From Lama glama (Eukaryota), in the NCBI GenBank assembly GCA_028534125.1, contig CM052817.1:47308001-47372000 (forward strand): 64,000 nucleotides of DNA, in the 5' to 3' direction. The notes below the pieces were generated by a model. It did not search any database and was not told the DNA's origin. It saw only the letters and a list, made by a program, of their open reading frames with translations. The position numbers were made by a program, and so were the translations under genes. Below, one piece after another: positions 51,711 to 64,000 of this stretch. The stretch's first letter is position 1; every line of letters starts with the position of its first letter.

Positions 51711-54539
51711 AAGGCCTTACCAGAATGTTAATGCATCTTTCACACAGCCTAGCTCTAGGAAGTTGCTGATTGTTGCTACAATCCCTTTCTTTCTTTTTCC
51801 ATTTATTATAATTACTTGTCCTTAATATTTTCATAATTAGTAATAATGATGATGAGGATTAAGTTTGCAAAATAAAAAAGGCTGCAGTTATCTAACTCAG
51901 CCTGTGACCTGACTTACGGAAAACACAGTCTCCTGTGAAGTGAATACTTTGGGGGAAAATCCTGTAATTTTCGGATCACTTTCTCCACCTGATACAGGGC
52001 TCCTTTAGCATCCTCTTCTCTGAGGGACGCTCTGATCTGTGCTCTCCTGAAGATTCTTAAGGATGGGAGACTCACTCCTTTCCATCTTCTTTATATACAT
52101 ATAAACTCTGCCATGTAGAAAGTTCTTGCTTAGATTCTATTTAGAAATATAAAGTGAAAATATCTTGTTCCGTGTATTAGCATCTTCAGAGTTGATAAAG
52201 GTGATGGTAACTGTGATTGACCTCTTACTGTTGTTATTATTATTATAATACTTCAGTTTTATACAGTTGACCACTCAGTCATTCAGTGCGTCTATGACAC
52301 AGCATACTACTCCTGCTTTAGAAACATTTCCCTTTGGTGGTGTGGTATAGCCATGGATGGAATGGAATTAATGAGGCGTAAGTCATAATTTTAACATCCC
52401 TCTCAGGCCTTTTGTTTTGCTCAGATATTTTAAATTATGAATCTCAGAATGAGACATTTTGGGGATAAAGAGTTTGGTGGCATTAGGTGGTATATACTGT
52501 TGCTCAGGGTCTGATTTTCTTATCTTGTTTCTTTCATATCTCCTATTTGGTGATGTTGGTTAATATGCTATGCTATCTTATATCTATTTTTTTCCAGTCT
52601 AGAATCTTCCATTAAAAAAAAAGCATACAGCAGAGAGGATGCATTATCTACAGGTCTATGGAGGCAATTGGGATGGGGGGTGGAGATAAAGGTGGCATGG
52701 TGAGTCCCTAGCTTCAACTACCAGAAAATGCATTTTTGAACTAAAATGGCATATTAAAGTAGACTTTTGGGGGTCCTGGCGAGTTTTTGATTAGCTGATA
52801 GAACTTTCCAATCCCTATTTAAAACATATGAGATTTCTGGAAGGCCTGTTTCTGTCCGATGGTGTCCTTCAATATGGAAGATCTTTATAGATTGAGAGGA
52901 CTGTGCTGTTAGAAGCTTGGGTGTCATGTGAATATAGTGGGACCCAGTCTGAGCAAGTAAGCCCAAAAGAAAATGAAGAACAGCACTTAGAGAGAGATTC
53001 TGCAAATGTTAGCAACCCAAACACAGTGGGAAACATTTTATTTAGCATTATCTGTGAAATGTGATGCTTTCTAACATAGTGATTGGAATCTTGGGGTAGT
53101 ACTTCCTTTGGGCTTGCAGGATATTTGATCTTGCTTATAGGGTGCCAATACGTCATGCTTTCCTGCCTGGCTTCATATAGTCCTTTATTTTGCATACCTG
53201 GCTCTGAGGATGGTATTAACTGGCTGCCAGGACAAGAAAACAGACCAAGCATAGTGATGTGGGCCCAGATAAAATTAAGTCACCGTGAGAGCTCTGTTTC
53301 TGTTTGGTCAGCTGCACATCATTGTCACATTTGGCTTGAACTATGGTACCACACCAAGACCTAGCATAATGGTGGGGGAGGTCTCTGGAAACCTAGTGTA
53401 TTGGCCCTAGACCTTAACCATTAAACTAAAAATTTTAGGGAGAGTTTTTTTTTTCTATGTGCTGTGCTTGGAAACATTTTAGAAACATGTTAACCTATGA
53501 AGATGTTTAAATTAAATTTGGGCTGTACTCATGAAACTACCTTGTTATCTTCCCCATGCTTAAAAATTAGGGGTTTGAATTAGATCTGTGATTTTTTTGT
53601 TGTTGTTCTACCTGTTGGATCTTATGTTTTGAAATATTTTGTAAACCAGATAAATGATTTATCAAGTAATTAATCATTTAACCTATCTATTAATAATCAA
53701 AAAATAATAATACAAAATTGTGCTGGTCTAAGTCCCCAGTGAGTACAAATTACCCTCCCTCTGTACTGGTTGATGATCTTTTCTAATAAAAAGATTAAAT
53801 TGTTCATTGACCTGTACTGTTCTGTTCAGCCTTATGACGTAGAGACAGTCATTCGCAGATCTGCATTGCTGCCTCCACTGGTCCCTAGGAGCCCAGCGAC
53901 CTAAAATTAGGAAACTGCTGACTATAAGCTTCCTGAGATTCCTTCTGGAACTGTTGTTCTTTGACTCTGTAACTAAGTTTGTGTTCTGTTTATCCTTACG
54001 GACAGTGCAGTCCTGGCCCAAGGGAGAAATCAAAACATCACACTGACCATTATTCATTAATCCTAGTTTGGAGTGGAAATTGCATGTGTGAGTATTACCT
54101 TTGAGATATGATTACTTTCTAATAATGCTTTTTCTTCCTTTCTTTCTTTCTTTTTTTTTTTAGTTTATTTTTAATCCACTAAGTATGCACAAATCCTGTG
54201 TTCTTGAAGACTTCAAAGAACCTAACTGCTATTACCATTTTGGGAGATGTTACAGCTTGACTCCTAATGCAATGTGGAAATAATCAGCTTAGAGAGAAAT
54301 CTGCCGATCTGTCTACCTACCTATCTACACGTGCGTGTGTATATTAGAGAAATATATTTAGAAGTTTATAAAACATTAAGAGCAGAAGGGACTGCCCCTT
54401 GGATATGCTGTACGGGAGGACCAAGTTACCTCAGCATAGCAATGTTGTGCCAGCTCTGTTGATGCAGCCGTTTCCCTGGGAGAGTTCCTCATACATTGCA
54501 TTTGAAGAATAGGTAACCGGTGCTGAGAACCATCATTCT

Positions 54540-54705
54540 TCCCAAGGGGCCTCTAACCTTAGTGTGCATCAGAACCTCCTGCGGGCTTGTTGAAACATTG
54601 CTTGCTAGGTGCCACCTCACAGTTTCTGATTTAGTAGGTTTGCAGAAGGACCTGAAAGCTTACATTTCTAACATGATCTCAGTCAGTGCCAGACACCATA
54701 ACTCA
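54540..54705. mobile_element. MER5A-like element
   Basis: gtgtgcatcagaacctcctgcgggcttgttgaaaca...agtttctgatttagtaggt...catttctaaca. Confidence 0.75.
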
Positions 54706-55936
54706 GCTGTCTGCTTCTTGTTTGTGTGTAGGGATACTGGATACTAGTTTTTCCCAGCTGATCTGCTTTCTCTGGTAAAAAAAAGTTCGAACGTTTTCTT
54801 TCTTTTGGTCTGTAATGCTGTCTTGGCCCTTGCCCACTGCCCAGTCATAATTCCAGCCAGTTTGACTCAGCACCTGTCAGTCCCAGATTGGATTAACTGT
54901 GCACAACTACAACTTCCTCTCTTGGTCCCCTTGCCCGGAGGCTGCATGTACATTGGAAGCGCTGGTAAGCGCTATCTCCTGAGGCCAAGCTCTGGCAGAA
55001 TACAGAAACTGTGAACTTGGACAAACCGCTTAATGTGTCTGATCCTTGGATTCCTCTTTTGATTCATGTAAAGATTTCCCAATGGTAGGTGGAGCTTGTA
55101 TCCTCATTTTAATTTATTCAGTAGCCAGCAGTCACTATGAAGTGCTTGTAAGTTTCTGAAGTTACTTTGCTTTCAAGAACTGGTGGCGGGACTGTGCTGT
55201 GGGGCAGCACAGAGACCTTGAGGTCTTCAGTCATCCTGTGCTTTAACAGTCTGGGGCCATCACACTTTTTGGGCTCTCGTGAATCAACCATGTACTCTGT
55301 CCATACACCAGCTCAGTGCTACACTGAGCTGTATCTCCACTCTCAACCTAGATAATCTCATGTGATTTTGTGGCTTCAGATATCATCAATTAGTAATGAC
55401 TCCGTGGGTCTGGCCCTGACTTCTTCCCTGAGCTCTAGACTTTTACGTGTGTCTTGCTTCCCATTCAGCTTCTGCACTTGGATGTCAGGTAGCTGTCTCA
55501 AACTTAAAGGTGCTGAAGACCGTCCCTTAACAGCTACCCCTGTGTGACTTCCTCCAAACAGAAAAGTTTGAGCCATAATTCTCAGGCCGCAAATATAGGC
55601 TTATGCTAGACTCCTCTTTCCCTCTTGTCTTTCATAAAACCCATGCATAAATCTTCAGATTGTTCTCTAAAATATATTCTGAATCTACATATGAAATCTC
55701 CAATGCTACAGCTTTGGTTTAAACCATTATCCCATTATTGTTTCTCCCCTGGATACTACAATGACCTCCTGGAGGTTTGCTTTTTGCTTTTTTTTGGTCC
55801 ATTTGTTTCTCTGTTCATCCTTTACATAGAAGTTGAAGTGACCTTTCTAAATATGATGAACTTTTCTTTGTTTAAAAGCTTTCAGTTGCTTCCCATTAAA
55901 ATTCACATTCTTGCCATGACTTTTAAGACCCTATGT

Positions 55937-56612
55937 CAGTAGTTCTAATAAGCACTGTGTCTCATAATCACCTAAAGAGCTTTTAAAAAAATACAGATGC
56001 TGAAACCCCAGCCCAGCGATATAGATGCATTTGGTATGGAGTAAAGCTCAGCGTAAGTAGACTAAATACTGCTCTAGATGTTTCTTTTCTTTTCTTTTTA
56101 AACATTTTTTATTGAGTTATAGTCATTTTACAATGTTGTGTCAAATTCCAGTGTAGAGCACAATTTTTCAGTTATACATGAACATACATATATTCATTGT
56201 CACATTTTTTTTTCTCTGTGAGCTACCATAAGATCTTGTATATATTTCCCTGTGCTATACAGTATAATCTTGTTGATCTATTCTACATATGCCTGTCAGT
56301 ATCTACAAATTCTGGACTACAGTCTATCCCTTCCCACCCCCCACCCCTTGGCAACCGCAAGTTTGTATTCTATGTCTATGAGTCTGTTTCTGTTTTGTAT
56401 TTATCTAGATGTTTCTAATGTGCAACTTGAGTTGAGAATCATTGTTCTATCCAGGAGGCCTTTAACCTTAGTGGGCATGAGATAGCTTGTTAAAACATAG
56501 ATTTCTAGGTGCCACATGAGGGTTTCTATTTCAGTAGATCTGCAGAGGAGCCTGAAAATTTGCATTCCTAGCAAGTTCCCAGGTGACCCTACGTTTGGAG
56601 AACCACTGTTCT
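55937..56612. mobile_element. Two adjacent MER5-like elements, the first split by an L1
   Basis: aatcacctaaagagcttttaaaaaaatacagatgc...tctaatgtgcaacttgagttgagaatcattg, then cttgttaaaacatagatt...tttgcattcctagcaagttcccaggtga...gagaaccactg. Confidence 0.75.
56086..56403 (-). mobile_element. Young L1 3' end in intron 3
   Basis: Same family as above; perfect 13-bp TSD tctagatgtttct at 56073 and 56404. Confidence 0.95.
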
Positions 56613-58149
56613 GCAAGATCTGGTCTTGGCATTTTTCTCTGATATCATTCCCTTGTTCGCTACGTTCAGCCCCTCTGGTCTTCCTTTGTCTTTCAAATCC
56701 AAATTTTTTCTGTCTCTAGCCCTTTGGAAATGTTGTTTTTTTTGTCTTAGAACATTCTTTTCTAGATCGTTAAATAGAGAGTCCTACTCATCATTTGGGT
56801 GTTAACTTAAATTCCATTTCCTCAAAGAGGACTTTTTTGGCCTTCTAGCTAAAACAGAAACCTTGATCACTTTACACTATGGTAGTGTTTTCAATCTTAC
56901 TTGTAGCCATTATTGGCATCTAAAATTAACTTGAATTTGTTTTTTACATTTATTGTTGGGGGCTCTCTCTACTGAGGACGAGGGCTCTTTCCTCTGGGTC
57001 TTGTGCCACAATGCGTGGCACACAGTGTTTGCTCAACAAATCATTATCGACAAACTGAATGATGTGAATATTGGCATGGGGAATTGATTACCACTTTTGA
57101 AAGGTGAATTATAGACCTTCCTTAATGTGTTTAGATTTCCCAGTGTGTAACTTTCACACACGAAGGGAGTGCTATGAACTTGAAAGTTTAAGGTTCCTAA
57201 GGTTTCGTGTAAATCAATTCCATCCTCCTGAATAGTGTTTTAATGCTGTGGTTTCATAAGTAAGCTTTTTTTCCCCCTTCTCATTCTCCATATCTTCTTC
57301 TTTTACATATGAGCCAGTGAAGGGGCAATATCATTTTGATGCAAGCCCACACTTGAGTTCAACACCAGAGTCGAGGTACAGTGCATCTCTTAAATTAATT
57401 TACTTCTGTGAAGCAACGGAAACGTATAGAAATCAGCACGGCAATGTGTTGCTTAAAAAAAGGATAGGATTTTTAAAAAGACATTATAAAAATATTATAC
57501 TTTGGACTAATTCCTTGGAAGAGAATGAATATATTGACTTTTTCTAGTCAAGGTTGTGACTATAGCAACCTATGGTTCTTCTTTCTGAGCACTGATTGCA
57601 CATAAATTGTTTGTTTAATGGTTTCCCTCTGTTAAACTGGAAACTCCATGAGAGTTGGAACTGTGTGGGTAATGCTCACTCCTATAGCCACAAAACCAGG
57701 CATCATGCCTGATAATGGTAGGTACACAAATAAATATCTGATGAGTTACTGAATGAATGAAGATACAGTACATAAATTCCTTGTCGCTATACTATAATCT
57801 GCTTGCTACCACCTTTCAGATTTTATGAACTTTAGTTGAATAAATGCTTCTTCTGTTCAGAAAGCCCCTCCTTCCTTTCCCTTTGGTATCCAGAACTCTG
57901 CCTTGTAACCTTTTATTTCTTTTCCTGGTTTCTCCTTGATGGAATGTAAAAAGGATCCTCAAGCCAAGTACAGAAAGCCACACTTCAGTTTCTTGGATCG
58001 TTTGATTTCTTTTAAGCAACTGTTGGTTTTTCCAACTTTTGTGTCTCTCGGTAACTCCTAGGATTCTTTATATTCCTGTGAGTGAGTTCTCTCTCTTTCT
58101 GTTTCTTAGGAAGCAATAAATAGATTGATTAACATCTGGATAGAACTTG

Positions 58150-58500
58150 ACTGAGTCATTTTTTCAATCAAGAGTACTGTGTACTTTCAGTGCTGGGGAT
58201 GCAACAGTGAACAAAAACAGGCATAGTATTTGCCCCCATGGAGTTTAGATAAAGTGGGAAATACAGGCTTTACTTTTTATAAAGTCACCCAACTGAGTAA
58301 AGATAAACTGGCATAAATGCTATGAAGAAAAGGGACATTGTTTTATGAAATAAGTAACAAAGTCATCTAACCTAGGCTCGGGATTGGGGAAAGTTTCCCT
58401 GAAGAAACGGTATTTAAGCTGAGTTTTTAAGGATGAATAGGAGTTCCCTAGATAAGGTGCTTGCTGAACACATTTTAGGAAGTAAAAGGGTGCAGAGACC
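58150..58500 (-). mobile_element. L2 fragment
   Basis: tgctggggatgcaacagtgaacaaaaacagg...ccctgaagaaacggtatttaagctgag. Confidence 0.7.
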
Positions 58501-60859
58501 ACAAGGTCATGTTACCAGGGTTGACTAAGACAAAATTTGACTTTCAGAAGAAAACTAATCTGTCACTGTGGTCCTCCTGAGCTACCACAGGTGTTTTATC
58601 TGTGTTTTACTAATACTAATACTAGTTAAAAATTTGTAAGCTCCGATTATTGTGTGCCAGACCCAGACCTGCCCTTTACAGGAATTATCTTAATCCTGAC
58701 AGCAGTTCTCATTTATGGATTAGGAATCTGGGGAGCTGAATGTCTTGTCTCATGGAAGACCCCAATATCTGCAATTCAGAACCTGGACTTTTGACTGTTA
58801 AGTTGTCCTGGTTCCCAGAGGGTGTTTCTAATATTTCAGATAGCTTGGACAGCTTGCATTCCAACATAGACATATACGGATCTCTCTTTGTTTATGTATT
58901 TCCTGTCCATATACTTATGCATATAATGGTTTATGTCTGTATGTTTATGTAAAATATAACCTTGTGGGTATCTGGGAGGTATACAGATAGTAAAAAACAT
59001 ATATTTCATTAATATATTTTGAGGCTGAAAATTGGATCTAAGGACTTAATATCAGTTTAACAATGAAAAAAACTGCTGGTTGGGATAGATGGATGAGTAT
59101 TAATAATTAATAAATGGAACTGGGCTGTTGTCTATCAAACTTGGGTGCCTAACCACAGCAGGTGTGTGAATTTCATTAGGGCAAGTGAAAATCTTCTGCA
59201 TCTGGCCTTATCCTCTGCCGCTAAAGCAGCTCATCTCCATCCACAGTAGCTGCTTATAGCTTTAAATAGCACACCCTGGACTCTCTCTGCCAACTTTTTT
59301 CAAGCCAGCCAGGGTTACAGTGGGGCCATGGTTGCACGGACGATGCTGTCTGTGCGAGGCCAGGGAAGGGGTTAGCGAATTGGCCAGCTGCCTGGGCACC
59401 GGTGCAGGGAAGCCGTGGAGCAGTGCAGCAATTTCCTGCTTGGGGTGAAGCCCTAGAAGGCTGGTGCTGGCCAATCCCAGATTCTTAAATTCTTTAGTGA
59501 TACCTCACTGCTCCCCTTCCACACCCCTGTGTTTTTCTCCAGGGAGATTTGATTTGTGCTATTCACAGGTACACGGGGGATGATTTAAGGGACCCCTGCC
59601 CGACTCAGAGTCATATTGCCTGGAATTTTCACTATTAGAAAACACAAGTGTCATGCTCTCTAGTAATGAGTTTCTAACTTAGATTTAGTCACATTAGCAA
59701 TTGAGCAAGCTTGCTCCTTAGGACACTGACGGGCTGGGAGAAAGGACCAGGGAGGAAGACTGAAAACATGAAGCATAGATCAGGAAAGGCGGGGAGAACT
59801 GGGCAGTGCCTGGGAAAATAGACCTTCAGGAAGGAGATGAACCAAAGAAAAGGACTGCACATTTTCTGCTCTTCACTCTTTTACTCAAGTCTGATCTTGA
59901 CTTTGCCCATTTCTCTTTCTTTGGAGAATGAGACCGAAGGAAAATCAGCAGATTTATTCCTGTAAGTTCCTTAAAGTGTCACTTCTGTCAAGGTGATGAA
60001 CTCTTCCACACCAGATAGGGCTAATAATTGGCTTCTTTTCTAAGTTGTCCTAATTGTCTTGGCAGACGTATATGTGTTTTACTTTATTTTTTAACTTCTG
60101 ATGCCCCTCTAATAATTGGTGGCGTTTCAGGGAAAACTTTGAGGACAAGGTTTTTTCTTAAGTTATGTCAGAGTGGTGGGGCACTTCTTAACGGAAGGGA
60201 CATCTGGTCATGCCTTACGTCTGGTCCTTTTATCTGATCCCTGTGCTTATCCAGGGCTTGTCCAGCGTGGAGCATTCTTCCCCAGGGAAGTGGCATCTCC
60301 CAGAAGCGTTTACTCTGACTCAAAATGAGTGAGTCCTGAGACTCTGTGCTTTGATTATCGATAATGTGGAGCAGGGACCATCCCCAGGGCGGACCACCCT
60401 GGGGCTGTGAGCACACCTGGCAGGAACGTAGAGGCCTGCGTGCTCTCCCAGGGTCTCAGTCAGAGAGCTGCAGGTACTGATCACTTCCGTCGTTGTAGAT
60501 GGAACTGACGCCCAGGAAGTCTGATGATGAAATCAGCATCACATTTCTCATCAGCAGCAGGGGAAGGCCTGGGACCCAGGTCTCACTGCTCCTGTCTCCA
60601 GTGTTTCCCTGTCGACCACTGGGTTATGAATCCAGAGTACTGTCGAGAGATCGTGGGGCAGCTTCCTGTTCTATCCAGTTCTAGTTTTTTCCTTCTCCTC
60701 AGTTCGAATACTTGGTTTGATGATGTAAAATTACTATCCATTCCAGTATTTATTTGAGCTGTCTGCCCTATGCCTAGTTCTCATGACGTATCATACCAGT
60801 TCTGTACTTCAGAAAGTATATATCAGACGAACAACAGGCATTTTACTTAAGAACAGTGA

Positions 60860-61107
60860 AGAGCACGTACAGGTTAAGGGCACACAGACTCTGGAGTCGG
60901 TGAGCAGTGTGAGTCCTGACTTCGCCACATCCCTAGGCATAAAACCATCCCAAGTGTCTCATTTCCTCATTAGTAAAGTGGCTATAATAATAAATAATAA
61001 TTTAATAATAATAATAAAACCTGTTTCATGGGTTATTGTGAGCAATACATTTTCCATGTGAGCACTTAGTCCTGTGCCCGGGATTTAATCAAGTTAAATA
61101 TTATTAC
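60860..61107 (+). mobile_element. MIR SINE, near full length
   Basis: ggttaagggcacacagactctggagtc...gtctcatttcctcattagtaaagtgg...catgggttattgtgag. Confidence 0.8.
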
Positions 61108-64000
61108 TCTTTTAAATATGATTGGTTTTTATAGTTTATTACTCATACAGATTATCATTGCCTCTGCTTTATAAATCATGGAATGTTGTCAGCATGTACA
61201 CATTTAGAGAGAGTCCAGGGCTGTTTTCACAGAGAAGCAGTTCTGAGGGTCAGGTGGGTGTAGGTGCCTGCGTGCAGTCCCGCCCTCCTCCTGCCTGCCC
61301 TCCTCCCTCCCCATCCCTCTCCCCTCTCTCCTTCTGTTGAAGTCTCTGCTGTTGCTAACTTTTCAAGGGACTCAAAGAGATCACATGTTAGGACAATGTC
61401 AGCTAAGCATTTAAGGAAAGATCAAAACCAAGACCATGTGAAGAAAGCTAAAAGGACTCTTTCCAAGTATGTGACCTGAGCAAGATTAAATACTTGGGAA
61501 GTAAAGGTTGCTCTACAGTTTTTGGCAGTTAAAGCTTAAAAGGAAATCTATTAGGTCTCATAGTTCTCATTTCTTGATAATAGAAAACAATATACATTAA
61601 ACCTTCAGAGGCAAATGATTTTTTTTTTCCCAGAAAGGCTAAACTCAAGTCATAATTGTAGACCTTACTCATAAATCAAACATTGGTCAATAAACTGAAC
61701 TTGATAGACAACTTAGTCTTTGCATTTACAAGTCACATTTTCATGTTATTTTTGCCTTTTAATGTGATCTGACTATAATAGGGTTATATGTTAAAGATAT
61801 TGTTCAGATTATGCATGGAAGTAATTCAGTGTCGAATGAGTCACTTTCAAGTGGGTTGCATTTTGCCATTTTCTAAATTTTTTAAACTAGCAAAGGCAAC
61901 AGGGATGAGTCATGAAATTATTTAAATAACTGTTTAAAAATTTTTAATACAGATTCTTCATATTTAATCTTAATTAAGATTAAGTGTAATGTGTAGAATT
62001 GCTTCACATGTTACCTTACACAAGGTAGACAGTAAGTTTTCTTGTATATTTCATTTTAATTTGAGAGTGACATTTGCATACAAGTTTACTGTTTGGTTTA
62101 ATTTGCTTTCACAGGACTGAAAAACGAAGTACTTGTAAAACATATAGGACAACATTACTCTCAGGGTGTTTTTTTATGTTAATTGTGTAAACGGGTAAGA
62201 ACTCTAGAAATTGCTTTTCAGGAACAAAGTGACTAATTATTCTGGGCTTGTGTTACCTGTATGAAGTTATAAAGAAATTGCCTCAAAGTTCATTGGAAAT
62301 GGAAAGTTTTTTTTCCTTTAATGCATGTGTCAAATATAGACTGAATAGACACCGCCTATATTTTTTTTACTTTTCGTATTCAACTTTTACAATAGTTAAA
62401 TCTTTACTCTTTGTTATATGAGAGATTATTGGGTATATGACTCTAAAGTTAAAAATTAGGTAATTAGATTCAGGTATCAGCATCCTCTCTCATTCACTTT
62501 TATATGAGTCCTGTCTGAAAATAAAGTAAGAAAAATAGTACTTTCTATCTTGTGGGGTTATGGTTGGGATTTTACAGTTTTAAAACTTAAAGCAATTCTG
62601 TTTAACAATTACGAGTGTGAGGAAATTAGCTCACTTTGGCATTCTCTTAGTCTTAAGTATGTCTTTTTTCCTTTTATTAACTTTGTCTGCCATTAACATT
62701 TTAACTTTTGTAATGGTTTTAACTTTAAAAAATGTTTTAACATTGTCAGGAATGAAGACTGTTCTTTTTTTTTTTTTTTTTGGTTATGATTCATTTCTAC
62801 ACCAGTTTCCAAAAAAGCTCTTACACAAGGTGTAATGATTGAATAGAATTGAACCTGTGTGTGGGAGACTTAGAAGTTAGTTTGATAAGTATAATCATCC
62901 TGTTTTTATTCTAAAGTTAGAAGGAGAACAGTTTATGTTCAGAGAATCACTGTTTCTCACCACAGTGCCTGACATGAATCACCAACTTTGTAGGTAACTT
63001 CATTTCCCTTTCTGTTTCTGGCCTCTGAGTCTCAAGTAACCCTAAGTGTTCTGTGAAGTGCCCTCAACATGCAAGCGTTCTGTCATCTCCTGTGGATTAG
63101 CACCCGGACAACGTAAGGAGATGCTGCTTATCCTGTTCTGAGAGAGAGGAAATTTCATGGAAGTGAAATGGAAGTTGAATGGAGAGAAACTAGCTGGAGT
63201 AAATTTTACTTAGTGATCTTGCAGACTGGACCAGGTGTTAGAAAGATCAGAATCCGTGGTGAGTGTTGAGGGTGAAGTTTGGCCCACCGCACCCACTCAG
63301 AAGGTCAACGGTGGGAGGAAAGGTTTCCAGTCTTTTTTTCCAATTATGGATTTGTGTGTAGGAGAAAGGATGTTCCATTTCCTATTTGACTGTGAAATGT
63401 CCTTCCTTTGGGGTCTCTTTTATTGTATTGGCTCCAGCAGTTTAACCTGCCATCTCACTTAGGCTTCATTTCTATAGAAGTTTCCCATGTTTTTACTTAA
63501 AATTCTTGAGCTTTCTTTCCTTGTTTAGTTAAGGGGTCATTTAAAGCTCCTTGTTTTAGTGGGAGGTTTTGGGGCCATCTCAAATAGAAATTTAGGTATT
63601 TGACATTATTTTAGAGATCTAGGTAGAGCAATGCTATGGTTAAAGAGCTTGGAAACTTGTTGAAATCATTTTGTTTGCTTGCTGAAAGCATTCATTCATA
63701 TGTGATTACTATGGCTTGACTTTTCTGAGAATTGCTCTTTATTATAGTAATGGAGGTAGATAATAAAAGCTATAAATAACTTCAATTTAAATAGAGGATA
63801 TTATTGACAAAGATAGACTTCAACATAAACTGTAGGCAATGCACAGTATTTGGCAATGTACAATATACTTTTACATATAGTTTAAGAACTAGTTAATTTT
63901 GAAGATGTTTCTCTGTAGAATTTGTTTTTGGAACAGTTATAAGGAAACTCACTTTTACAATGAGAATAATATAAATAAATATTTATTGAGTATTGATTAC

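Larger units (their letters stand above)
55330..57065 (+). mobile_element. L2 relic interrupted by MER5 elements and a young L1
   Basis: L2 body (cacttggatgtc...tctcaaactt; cccctggatactacaatgacctcct) and tail (tggcacacagtgtttgctcaacaaat). Confidence 0.7.

Noticed and set aside
1..64000. CRISPR array, operon or other prokaryote-type system
   Set aside because: The sequence is mammalian; no regularly spaced repeat-spacer structure or gene cluster is present.

Overview
Mammalian genomic DNA, most likely camelid (inferred from the young L1 3' ends and the tRNA-Ala-like SINE). It contains the 5' end of ADAMTS3 on the + strand: a CpG-island promoter (~20.55-22.55 kb) and coding exons 1-3 (21654-21722, 22987-23014, 42166-42572). 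These splice by GT-AG in consistent phase to give 168 codons of signal peptide and prodomain; intron 3 runs off the window end. The upstream 20 kb is a nested stack of transposable elements with a 500-N assembly gap. The introns hold MIR, L2, MaLR, MER5, young L1 and SINE copies and microsatellites. I found no evidence for a new biological system. The best leads are modest: an in-frame alternative acceptor at exon 3, a promoter palindrome overlapping a G4 next to a UPRE/HRE motif, a single uORF, and a near-identical inverted L1 pair that also predicts the gap content. Repeat family names and human comparisons are from recall, not from a search.
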